This document shows, piece after piece, positions 43,799 through 54,692 of a DNA stretch of 64,000 bases. Made by a program: the position numbers and the translations under genes. Below the pieces are notes generated by a model. The model had not been told where the DNA came from and made no database searches. It saw nothing but the letters and a program-made list of their open reading frames with translations. This DNA comes from a virus (Duplodnaviria; Caudoviricetes), in IMG/VR virus record IMGVR_UViG_2595698293_000001, positions 128,001-192,000 of that record. One strand, written 5' to 3'. The number at the start of each line of letters is the position of its first letter. Position 1 is the first letter of the stretch.

Positions 43799-43989
43799 TT
43801 CTATTTCGAGAAATATGGTTTGGTTAATACAATCGATATTTCTTACTATATTGACATTGTTGATTTTATTTACACCATCCATGATATATGTATATTTTGG
43901 TGGTAGTGATCCAAATATTGAATTTTCATGCAGAGTATTGGGATTTATTATTTGGTTGACCATTCTTTTGTATATAATGAGAAAATAAT

Positions 43990-44819
<830 letters not shown>

Positions 44820-44823
<4 letters not shown>

Positions 44824-45092
44824 AAATTTTAAAACTTCGTGTATCTGATTTTAGTTCAGAAATTTATGTTGGTAACGATTTTAGCCCAGATCCTCTCGAA
44901 ATGCTTGAAAAGATTCGAACTGCTGGTGCTATTGGGACTGAAACAGATCGTACAATGTATTTTCTTACTGAATCTAAAGATAAATTCGAAAAAGCACAAG
45001 AAGATGTAAAAAAGCTCTTGACAAAGAATGGTTATGTACTATATAATCCATGTACTGTCCTGATTGATTGTAAGACTGAGAAGAGAAAATAA
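44820..45092 (+). CDS. Hypothetical protein
   Basis: Overlapping start, SD. Confidence 0.6.
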
Positions 45093-45093
45093 T

Positions 45094-45390
45094 ATGTCAG
45101 AATTGCAAGAAAAATACATCTCTCTTAAAAAAGAACTCAACTCTGCTAAAGAGCAGAAAGAAAAATTGCTACCGCGTTATAAAGAACTCAATGAACTAGA
45201 TAACAACGGGTATAGTGTTGCACTAAATGACTTGGTAAATAAACGTACCAAAGCAGAAGAACGTGAGTTCAATAACCTAAGCAAAAATATTAGTGCACTA
45301 AATAGCAAAATCACTGGATTGCAGAAAACGATCATCAAACTCGGTTCTGAAATCCTTGAAGAAATCGCTAAAAAAGCTGAACAAAATTAA
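45094..45390 (+). CDS. Hypothetical coiled-coil protein
   Basis: Heptad-rich ORF. Confidence 0.65.
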   Translation: MSELQEKYISLKKELNSAKEQKEKLLPRYKELNELDNNGYSVALNDLVNKRTKAEEREFNNLSKNISALNSKITGLQKTIIKLGSEILEEIAKKAEQN

Positions 45391-45489
45391 TTTTTAGTGA
45401 TATAATATAAACATCAGTAAAAAGCTGATAAACATGGCGTCTCAATGAAGAGACATTCTATAAAAGAAACAAAAAAGGGTTATACAACA

Positions 45490-45690
45490 ATGGCTAATGA
45501 AGTAAACAACAACGAACTAATCGATATCACCGATGTTGAACGTACTGAAAACTACATTCAGTTCCAAATCTCTCAAGCAGAATCGATGTTGGAAGAACAT
45601 CATCGCGTTGGTTCTAGGCCATTTATTTTCCACCACATTGTGACGTGGAAGAAAAATCTTCAATCTGAGCTTGATGCTCTTCGTAAGTAA
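45490..45690 (+). CDS. Hypothetical protein
   Basis: ORF between promoter and hairpin at 45701-45725. Confidence 0.6.
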   Translation: MANEVNNNELIDITDVERTENYIQFQISQAESMLEEHHRVGSRPFIFHHIVTWKKNLQSELDALRK

Positions 45691-45769
45691 TATCAAATCA
45701 AGCCACTACGTATATGTAGTGGCTATTATTTTAAGTACATGTTTAAGTACATTACAAAGGTGAATTATC

Positions 45770-46273
<504 letters not shown>

Positions 46274-46301
46274 TATTTTATAATAAAAAGGGATATTTTA
46301 T

Positions 46302-46547
46302 ATGAATGAAAAAATTGTAAAACTAAACACTTTACTACAAGAAATTGTAGATCTAAGTTCTCACATGGATGATACACATATTCATATGGTTGAGGAATTA
46401 TGTTCATCTGTACTTGCAGTATTTGCTGATCATGATTATGTTCCTATGGTACACGTAGAGGCACCTGAAGAAGACGGTGAAACTGAAATTTCTCATGGTG
46501 TATTTGCTGTTCGCAAGGACAATAAAATTACGATTGTTAAAAAATAA
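46302..46547 (+). CDS. Hypothetical protein
   Basis: ORF plus terminator at 46551-46580. Confidence 0.65.
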   Translation: MNEKIVKLNTLLQEIVDLSSHMDDTHIHMVEELCSSVLAVFADHDYVPMVHVEAPEEDGETEISHGVFAVRKDNKITIVKK

Positions 46548-46592
46548 TATTAAGGAGACTGCTAATAGTCTCCTTTATTTTTGGATAGATTT

Positions 46593-47479
<887 letters not shown>

Positions 47480-47481
47480 AT

Positions 47482-47688
47482 ATGCATGTAAAAATTAACC
47501 CAGAAAAGAACTTTTATAATGAAGTATTCGGTTCTGAAGATTTAGTACGTCATTTTCCTGAATTAGAAACAACTGGCGTCGAAGTTTATTATGATGGTGA
47601 CTTGTATCATATCATTAAAGATGGTAAACTAGCTGGAGATTGCTGTTTCTTTGATGAAGAAGAAATGGAACATCTTACCATTCTATAA
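47482..47688 (+). CDS. Hypothetical protein
   Basis: AGGA SD. Confidence 0.6.
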   Translation: MHVKINPEKNFYNEVFGSEDLVRHFPELETTGVEVYYDGDLYHIIKDGKLAGDCCFFDEEEMEHLTIL

Positions 47689-47700
47689 ATAAAAAAAAAT

Positions 47701-48192
47701 GGAGGCGACTGTATTCAGTACTGAATCAATTGATCGTTGCGTAATCAGATTCAGTTAGCGTAGTATTAGCTGGGACGCGTACTTGTGAGCCGCAACCACA
47801 ACGTACTTAAAATCCAACGCGTGGAGGGTAAGCATTCTGTACTGAATAGCAGAAGGGCTACAAAAACTTATACTTCAAAAAGGTTCGGGAAGTATTCGTA
47901 ATAAACCGTTTAATCGTCTTATCAGTGCTATGAACAACCAATATATTTGTGGTGGATATTATTGGACTCAAGTAGATGATGTTATCTTTGTACGCTTTCT
48001 AACCAAAAGGTCAGATAATAAAAATGTAAGAAAATTTCAGTACTGATAGCTGGAACCTTACTATAGTAAAAAGACCTGATATGACTCGCTTAGGTCTTTA
48101 AATTATATAATGCGAGGGACGCTACGCCTTAGTTTAGGGCTAAATCGTAAGGATTGCGTACTAAACCGCCTTGAGAGTCCCAAGGCAACTTT
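47701..48192 (+). ncRNA. Candidate large structured ncRNA (about 490 nt)
   Basis: ORF-free, raised GC; TATAAATA at 47684; many hairpins; long-range GCGTAGT(47758)/GCTACGC(48121); terminal hairpin plus T run. Confidence 0.6.
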
Positions 48193-48342
48193 TAATTTAA
48201 ATGAATTTGTACAAAACACAAAAAGGTGATATAATGATTCTATCTGAAGAAGATTGGGGTGTTTATCCTAAAGACGAATTTGATGGATTTTAATAAAAAA
48301 TCTTGAACAAAAACAAAATAATGTGATATAATATTAGCACTT

Positions 48343-48460
48343 AATGAGGATAGGTGCAGTTGGTGAGATACCGCATGAGAAATCATAGACACCGTAGAAA
48401 GCTAAGGGCTTGGTGAGCGACGGCAAAACCCAACCGTAGTAGAAGCTCTAGGAACTCATT
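48343..48460 (+). ncRNA. Candidate structured ncRNA (about 120 nt)
   Basis: Promoter 48303-48332; closing AATGAG/CTCATT; ATGA-GAAA-TCAT and ACGG/CCGT hairpins. Confidence 0.5.
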
Positions 48461-48486
48461 CAGTACATTTTAATTTAAAGAATTAA

Positions 48487-48574
48487 GGCCGTATGTCCAA
48501 ATTGGTAAAGGAGACAGACTTAAAATCTGTTGGTGATATTCACCTTCTCGATTCGAGTTCGAGTGCGGCTACCA
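48487..48574 (+). tRNA. tRNA-Leu(TAA)
   Basis: Cloverleaf; ACAGA-CTTAAAA-TCTGT; long variable arm; ACCA. Confidence 0.93.
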
Positions 48575-48603
48575 AATCTATAGTACTTCATTAGGTAAAC
48601 AAT

Positions 48604-48927
48604 ATGTGTACTGAAGCAAGAAGATATGTTTATATTTTGGTTCGCAAAGATTTAGAACTAAAGGATATTATTGTTCAAACTGCTCATGCTTCATATGAAA
48701 GTGCAAAAGAATTCAAAAATAATGCTGATAGAACATCTATTATAGTTTTAGAAGTCAAAGACTTATACAAACTAAATGATGCTAAAAGTTATTTAAATTC
48801 TAATGGTATTAATTGGACTGTGTATACTGAAAAATCTTTAGGATTTGGAGAAACTGCTATCAGTACTGAAGCACTCAATAACGAACAACGAAAAATTATG
48901 CGTAAGTTCCAATTATTGAAAGTATAA
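48604..48927 (+). CDS. Second Pth2-like protein, inside the tRNA cluster
   Basis: YVYILVRKDL...VQTAHAS...IIVLEV...ETAIST...L. Confidence 0.7.
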   Translation: MCTEARRYVYILVRKDLELKDIIVQTAHASYESAKEFKNNADRTSIIVLEVKDLYKLNDAKSYLNSNGINWTVYTEKSLGFGETAISTEALNNEQRKIMRKFQLLKV

Positions 48928-48940
48928 ATATAATAACAAA

Positions 48941-49016
<76 letters not shown>

Positions 49017-49021
49017 AATTC

Positions 49022-49117
49022 AACAGGTAGTAACGCTCTTAGGTGTACATTAATATAGGAATAAGGGTTAACAGTACTGTACACAAACGAGTAACCCCGA
49101 AAGACCCGAAACCTGTT
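49022..49117 (+). ncRNA. Candidate pseudoknotted small RNA
   Basis: AACAGGT/ACCTGTT, GTGTACA/TGTACAC, loop GGGTTA pairing with TAACCC. Confidence 0.5.
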
Positions 49118-49127
49118 AAAGTTTTAC

Positions 49128-49177
49128 GGATGATTATAAATCTGAATTGACAGAAACAGCTAAAACTGTTATTATCC
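49128..49177 (+). repeat. 50-nt tRNA-like structured repeat, copy 1
   Basis: GGATGAT-TATAAA-TCTG AATTGA CAGA-AACAG CTAAAA CTGTT-ATTATCC. Confidence 0.85.
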
Positions 49178-49185
49178 TATTTTAT

Positions 49186-49370
49186 TCCACAATCAGACGT
49201 ATATGGTGTAAGTTACGTCGATGAAATCCAGAACAAGATCTCTGGTACTCTAGGAAGTGGTGAATGTTAACCTAGACGGGCTTGTTAATTGGACGATAAG
49301 CAATTAATACTTGACTAGCAGGTTTAAATTAGAGGTGACTGTCCTTCACTATACTGGAAAACCGGATGGA
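49186..49370 (+). ncRNA. Candidate multi-hairpin ncRNA (about 185 nt)
   Basis: GACGTA/TACGTC, CCAGA/TCTGG, TCTAGG/CCTAGA, TTAATTG/CAATTAA, GTGA/TCAC. Confidence 0.45.
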
Positions 49371-49431
49371 TTTTTAATTAAAAAAGTGTTGAACAAAATG
49401 TTCAATAATGATATAATAATTATCAATGTAA

Positions 49432-49500
49432 GGCGTGGAACAATGTTTACAGAAGTTACTTAGTAGCCTGTACGCCCCACGTCAAGGTAGCCGAAAGGCA
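49432..49500 (+). ncRNA. Candidate small structured RNA
   Basis: Promoter 49389-49417; GGCGTGG/CCACGTC, TACAG/CTGTA, GCC-GAAA-GGC. Confidence 0.4.
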
Positions 49501-49508
49501 AGTTTAAT

Positions 49509-49558
49509 GGGTGGTTATAAATCTGAATTGACAGAGACTATTAAAACAGTCACCATCC
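49509..49558 (+). repeat. 50-nt tRNA-like structured repeat, copy 2
   Basis: GGGTGGT-TATAAA-TCTG AATTGA CAGA-GACTA TTAAAA CAGTC-ACCATCC(A). Confidence 0.85.
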
Positions 49559-49746
49559 AAATTTTAATTTAATAGTTTAGTATGAATAAAAAACAAATAC
49601 ATAAACATTATGATGAAATTGCAGTGAAGGTTTTTCGTGGTGAATTAGGTTATAAACCATCTGTTAAATCTAAATATTCAAAATCTTCTTCAATAAAGTT
49701 CAATCATAAAATAGAGTTTAAATAATACTGGACAATAATATATAAA

Positions 49747-50196
49747 ATGAATATCACTAATGTAAAAGATTTTTTAGAATATTTTATTAAGAATACTCGT
49801 GCACGTGATGAATTAGAAAAGAATGGATTCATCCAAGGTTACGATTGCACTAATTTCTTTTATACTATTGATAAACATGAATATTATGTCGATGCAATTT
49901 TAATTGATGATGATGGGTATTGCGTTGGATTTTCATTCGAAGATATATCACAAGATGCACCAATAAACTTTTATGCATTATATTATAATAAAAAAGATAA
50001 TATTTTGAAATTAGGATTTACTCGTGAATCAGATGAAGATGTTGTATTCGATTGTAACACATGGTTGGAACATGATTCATTCTTTCAAAGTACATTAATT
50101 CATAACTTTATGACAACAGATTTAGAGTACTGGAAAAATTGCATAGAATTACTTAATGTAATTTATAATGAACAAATCAAACAAAAATGGCAATAA
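49747..50196 (+). CDS. Hypothetical protein, FFQxS-motif family member
   Basis: WLEHDSFFQSTLIHNFMTTDLEYWKNCI. Confidence 0.7.
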   Translation: MNITNVKDFLEYFIKNTRARDELEKNGFIQGYDCTNFFYTIDKHEYYVDAILIDDDGYCVGFSFEDISQDAPINFYALYYNKKDNILKLGFTRESDEDVVFDCNTWLEHDSFFQSTLIHNFMTTDLEYWKNCIELLNVIYNEQIKQKWQ

Positions 50197-50302
50197 TCAC
50201 AGGACGGTTCGGTATTTGGTAGTATGTTTGGCTGAATAAAGTATAAACGTTTAAAAAAAAGTGTTGAACAAAAAGTTCAGTACTATATAATTGACTTACT
50301 AC

Positions 50303-50376
50303 GTCCCCTTAGTTCAGTTGGATAGAACAACTGCCTTCTAAGCAGTAGGTCACTGGTTCGAGTCCAGTAGGGGATA
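50303..50376 (+). tRNA. tRNA-Arg(TCT)
   Basis: GTCCCCT/AGGGGAT; ACTGC-CTTCTAA-GCAGT; followed by TACCA, so CCA is displaced by 2 nt. Confidence 0.92.
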
Positions 50377-50524
50377 TACCATACAATATGGGAATAGTTA
50401 GAAGATATTCCCAATTTTAATTTAAAAAGTGTTGAACAAAAAGTTCAATAATGATATAATGGTATTATAAAAGGTTGTAATACTTAATATTAACTTTTAA
50501 GAAGATAATTAGTTATCATACACA

Positions 50525-50616
<92 letters not shown>

Positions 50617-50633
50617 TAAAATTCAATTAAAAA

Positions 50634-50767
<134 letters not shown>

Positions 50768-50775
50768 GATTTTAT

Positions 50776-50825
50776 GGATAGTTATAAAGTTGAATTAACA
50801 GCGACACTTAAAATTGTCACTATCC
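50776..50825 (+). repeat. 50-nt tRNA-like structured repeat, copy 3
   Basis: GGATAGT-TATAAA-GTTG AATTAA CAGC-GACAC TTAAAA TTGTC-ACTATCC(A). Confidence 0.85.
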
Positions 50826-50884
50826 AAATTTTAATTTAAATAGTACTTGACAAAAATGTTCAGTACTGATACATAAAGAATATT

Positions 50885-50962
50885 GGCCCTTTACTCTCAA
50901 GTGGTTAGAGAATCCGACTCATAATCGGTAGGCTCTGAGTTCGAATCTCAGAAGGGCCACCA
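50885..50962 (+). tRNA. tRNA with CAT anticodon, probably Ile2 (lysidine)
   Basis: GGCCCTT/AAGGGCC-ACCA and CGACTCATAATCG resemble enterobacterial tRNA-Ile2. Confidence 0.85.
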
Positions 50963-50981
50963 AATTTTAAAACATAATCTA

Positions 50982-51689
50982 ATGAAAATACAATTACAAT
51001 ATCCATATAATCAAGATTGGGATACAGGTTCATTAACAATTAATCCCGAAGGTCGAAGAACTGTTATTTTATATAACAAAACTACAAAAATCACAAGTAG
51101 TACTGCTTATGCACGATATTTGTTAGCAGTGCACAATAACAGATATTTAACTGAAAATGAAGAAGCTGACCATATTGATGAAGATTTCACTAATGATGAT
51201 ATATCTAATCTTCAAATTTTGACAATAGAAGAACATAGAGCTAAATCAATTGCGAATGGTATTCAAGCTAAATATGATGAATTTGTGTGTAAAGGTTGTG
51301 GAATAAAATTTTTAAGAAGACATAATCAAGTTAAGTCATATACAAAATATTGTAGTAAAAAATGTTCTTGGAAAAATAATCCTCCACCAACAAAAACAAA
51401 AAATGGTGACACGACAATCGATTATGATAAAGTAAAAGAATATATAAACGATGGATTGTCAGATACTGAAATTGCAAAGAAAATGAATATAAATCGCAAT
51501 TCAGTACTAAATTATAGAACTAAACACAATATACCTTCTAAAAAATTTGCTAATGTTAATATTTTAGAAGATAATATTGATGAAATAAAACAACGTTTGC
51601 TTTCTGGTGAAAAGAAAGTTGATATATACAAAAGCTATGGTTCTTCAAAAAATGTTTTTGCAAGATTTTTAAAGAGACATGGATTATAA
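50982..51689 (+). mobile_element. Free-standing HNH homing endonuclease with zinc finger and HTH tail
   Basis: ADHIDEDFTNDDISNLQIL...EH; CKGC...CSKKC; two HTH-like C-terminal repeats; lies between tRNAs. Confidence 0.8.
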
Positions 51690-51698
51690 TAGAATAAT

Positions 51699-51771
51699 GA
51701 CTCTGTAGCACAATCGGTGGTGCGATTGACTGTTAATCAATTGGTTGGGGATTCGAGTTCCTCCAGAGTCG
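51699..51771 (+). tRNA. tRNA-Asn(GTT)
   Basis: GACTCTG/CAGAGTC-G; ATTGA-CTGTTAA-TCAAT; no encoded CCA. Confidence 0.9.
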
Positions 51772-51789
51772 CTTAACAAACCAAAGAAT

Positions 51790-51937
51790 TGTACCTAAAT
51801 AACGAGTATATGGATTCTCTATGATTGTCCCTGTATGAGTTAGAGAGATTATTCATAAGAAGTCGAGTGTATAGATTCTCAAAGAAATGATTGTTTATAC
51901 ATGAGTTATCTTAAAACGAATATCTCAAGGTACACCA
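51790..51937 (+). ncRNA. tRNA-like ncRNA with 3' CCA (about 148 nt)
   Basis: TGTACCT/AGGTACA-CCA; adjacent TGAG/CTCA stem; internal hairpins. Confidence 0.55.
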
Positions 51938-51944
51938 AACAATT

Positions 51945-51993
51945 GACTCTGTAGTTCAGTTGGTAGATCTTATATAGTTACCAACCAGAGTCG
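51945..51993 (+). ncRNA. Mini tRNA-Asn derivative without anticodon or T arm
   Basis: Same GACTCTG/CAGAGTC-G-CTTA ends as tRNA-Asn; GTTGGTA/TACCAAC stem. Confidence 0.65.
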
Positions 51994-52001
51994 CTTACAA
52001 T

Positions 52002-52066
52002 GGAAGGTGGTAATACGTCAGTATTACCTTTTAAGACCGAAGATATGAGTATCTTCCCTTCCACCA
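52002..52066 (+). ncRNA. tRNA-like 65-nt RNA with ACCA
   Basis: GGAAGG/CCTTCC-ACCA; GGTAATAC/GTATTACC and GAAGATA/TATCTTC hairpins. Confidence 0.7.
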
Positions 52067-52070
52067 CACA

Positions 52071-52144
52071 TTGTACTCTTCTCCCGTAAGGAGAATGACA
52101 AAAAACTATCCGAAAGATAGAAAGCCTGAAATAACAGGGTGCAA
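52071..52144 (+). ncRNA. Candidate multi-branch small RNA
   Basis: TTGTACTC/GGGTGCAA; TCTCC/GGAGA, CTATC/GATAG and CTG/CAG hairpins. Confidence 0.5.
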
Positions 52145-52156
52145 TTAAATTACAAT

Positions 52157-52352
<196 letters not shown>

Positions 52353-52377
52353 ATTAATTTAAATGGAGTACTGAATA

Positions 52378-52578
52378 ATGTCCAAATATGTTAATCGTCA
52401 AAAACGAAAAGCACGTACTAAGGACGAAATTCTACAGTTGATTCAAAAAAATCAAAAAGATGTAGTTATTGAAGAATATATTTTTCAGTACGGTAATCAA
52501 CAATCAATGGTACAAGAAAGTAATGGTAAGTATCATTCTGAACATTACGACCTTATTAAAAGAATTCTTTTGAAATAA
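52378..52578 (+). CDS. Hypothetical protein
   Basis: GGAG SD. Confidence 0.6.
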   Translation: MSKYVNRQKRKARTKDEILQLIQKNQKDVVIEEYIFQYGNQQSMVQESNGKYHSEHYDLIKRILLK

Positions 52579-52584
52579 ACAATA

Positions 52585-52710
52585 ATACTCATCATCTAAT
52601 ATCAGTACTGATGCGTATCAGCAGGTGGCTTGATGGGCAGTACTGACAGGATACATCGTTCTCCGGTGGCGGGTTCGGTGGATATACGTAAAGTCGTATT
52701 GGGTATACCA
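52585..52710 (+). ncRNA. tRNA-like 126-nt RNA with 7+5 bp acceptor/T stack and ACCA
   Basis: ATACTCA/TGGGTAT-ACCA; ATACG-TAAAGT-CGTAT; TCAGTACTG/CAGTACTGA inner stem. Confidence 0.6.
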
Positions 52711-52733
52711 AATATAATAATAAAAATATGTAA

Positions 52734-52809
52734 TAATGTGATAGCTCAAATAGGTAGAGCGGGAGGCCAAAGTGCTGACTGGTTTGTGAGTTCGATTCTC
52801 ACCCATTAT
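52734..52809 (+). pseudogene. Degenerate tRNA, isotype undetermined
   Basis: D arm GCTC-AAATAGGTA-GAGC and T arm GTGAG-TTCGATT-CTCAC intact; acceptor bulged; anticodon arm remodelled. Confidence 0.65.
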
Positions 52810-52874
52810 TAATAAAATTGTAAGCTACCCTGTTATTTGGGTAGCTTTTTCTTTTTATATAACAAGAGATTATT

Positions 52875-53291
52875 ATGAGTAAATTAACTTTACTGAATAT
52901 TTTACAAGAATGCTATGAAAAACTTGAAAATTCCAATCCAAGTGTCATATTCAACTCATCATTTGATAATTATTCTACTTCAAATTATAAAGCAAAAATT
53001 TTAGTATATAATCACTTTGATTTATCATCATTAAGTGATTGTAGTAACATTTACTTACACATTTGTGACTACAATGATGATAGTGGGTATACTATGACGA
53101 TTGATATTTACAAAGGATATTTTTATTATAAAAATAAAAAATTTGACAATTTTGAAAATTTATTCCCATTGACTGAAGATACAATGTTTCAGTACTCAAC
53201 ACTTTATGACACATCCTCCTTGACAATGGATGAGTTAAATTTTATAATGTCTATTAGTTTGGATATTCCAATTTATGAAGCAGCATTATAA
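52875..53291 (+). CDS. Hypothetical protein, FFQxS-motif family member
   Basis: TEDTMFQYSTLYDT. Confidence 0.7.
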   Translation: MSKLTLLNILQECYEKLENSNPSVIFNSSFDNYSTSNYKAKILVYNHFDLSSLSDCSNIYLHICDYNDDSGYTMTIDIYKGYFYYKNKKFDNFENLFPLTEDTMFQYSTLYDTSSLTMDELNFIMSISLDIPIYEAAL

Positions 53292-53308
53292 AATCTAGGA
53301 GCATTTTT

Positions 53309-53461
53309 ATGAAAATTAAGTGTTGTGTATGTGATTGTGAAATTGATGAAAAGCATGTATATGGCGAATGGGATGATTACTGCTCTGATTGCTGGGAATC
53401 TGAAGGACGTGATACAGAACGTTGGGAAGATGAGAGCGAGTGGGATGAGGATGAAGAATGA
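53309..53461 (+). CDS. Small acidic zinc-finger protein (50 aa, not in the ORF track)
   Basis: AGGAG SD; MKIKCCVCDCEIDEKHVYGEWDDYCSDCWESEGRDTERWEDESEWDEDEE. Confidence 0.65.
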   Translation: MKIKCCVCDCEIDEKHVYGEWDDYCSDCWESEGRDTERWEDESEWDEDEE

Positions 53462-53607
53462 AAGACCAAAATTGGTTGGGTTGACCATCAAAAAGTATCA
53501 CTATGTGGTTCAAAGAAAGTCGCAGTAATGATACGGTGGGATATAAGAAGCGTATGTTAGAAGAGTTATCATCAACGTCAAGAAACTAATATTATCACGG
53601 AGAAAGT

Positions 53608-53928
<321 letters not shown>

Positions 53929-53942
53929 TGAATAGATTTATA

Positions 53943-54040
53943 GGACATACTGCGGGATCTGTTTTTAAGGCTTAGGTACTTCAGTACTAAAACAATACCT
54001 TAGAAACGGAGTCCAAGTTGAATTCTTGGAATGTCCACCA
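53943..54040 (+). ncRNA. tRNA-like 98-nt RNA with T arm and ACCA, no D or anticodon arm
   Basis: GGACAT/ATGTCC-ACCA; TCCAAG-TTGAATT-CTTGGA; long TCTGTTTTTAAGG/CCTTAGAAACGGA helix. Confidence 0.7.
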
Positions 54041-54044
54041 AATT

Positions 54045-54118
54045 ACCGCCTTAGAACAATTGGTAGTGTAACTTGATTTGTAATCAGTAGGTTATATGTT
54101 CGAGTCAGATAGGTGGCA
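54045..54118 (+). pseudogene. Degenerate tRNA-Thr(TGT)
   Basis: TGA-TTTGTAA-TCA anticodon arm and TTCGAGT T loop; mismatches in acceptor, D and T stems; no CCA. Confidence 0.7.
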
Positions 54119-54284
54119 CAAATAATAATAGTACTAGTAAGGTTTATTTACAGTTATGGATTCTTCTTTATATTCTAGTACTATTTCGTTTTTTAATAAA
54201 CAATTCAAAACTTTATTTTTTTTAATTTACTTAGGCTGATTCATTGAATCGGCCATTTTCTTTGTTAACAAAAGAGATAAAAAT

Positions 54285-54692
54285 ATGAAAAAATTTCTTT
54301 CAAAAGAACACGAAGAAAATATTCTTAATGCATTGAGTGTATTTCCAGAGAGTGTTATAAGTAATAATAAGAATTCTACATATTACTATGGTAAAGGTAA
54401 TTGGTTTTATTTTAGCGACAGTTCATATATGTGTGTATTAAATCTATGTACTGAAGAATATTCTTATTGTTTAAGGATCGATCCTGGTCATAAATTAATC
54501 CTACTATGCGAAAAGAATGATGAATTTTATGAAAGTGATATAGATGATACTGATTCATATATTAGTGATTTTTATCTTGAAGAAGAAAATTATTTTATGG
54601 ATAGTACTGTGAATGAAATTACCATTCCTTTTAGTATAATGAAACGTTCATATGAATTTCTAAAATACAACAGAGAAAAATTTCATGACTGA
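54285..54692 (+). CDS. Hypothetical protein, FFQxS-motif family member
   Basis: LEEENYFMDSTVNEI. Confidence 0.7.
   Translation: MKKFLSKEHEENILNALSVFPESVISNNKNSTYYYGKGNWFYFSDSSYMCVLNLCTEEYSYCLRIDPGHKLILLCEKNDEFYESDIDDTDSYISDFYLEEENYFMDSTVNEITIPFSIMKRSYEFLKYNREKFHD

Noticed and set aside
47701-48192. tmRNA or RNase P RNA
   Set aside because: No GGGG..TCCACCA tRNA-like ends or TTCRA T loop, no tag ORF, and no GAGGAAAGTCC RNase P signature.
48234-48292. 19-aa ORF MILSEEDWGVYPKDEFDGF
   Set aside because: The ATG overlaps the -10 box of the upstream promoter and there is no support beyond an open frame.
53273-53528. Three overlapping ORFs from the track
   Set aside because: Better explained by the 50-aa SD-led ORF at 53309-53461.
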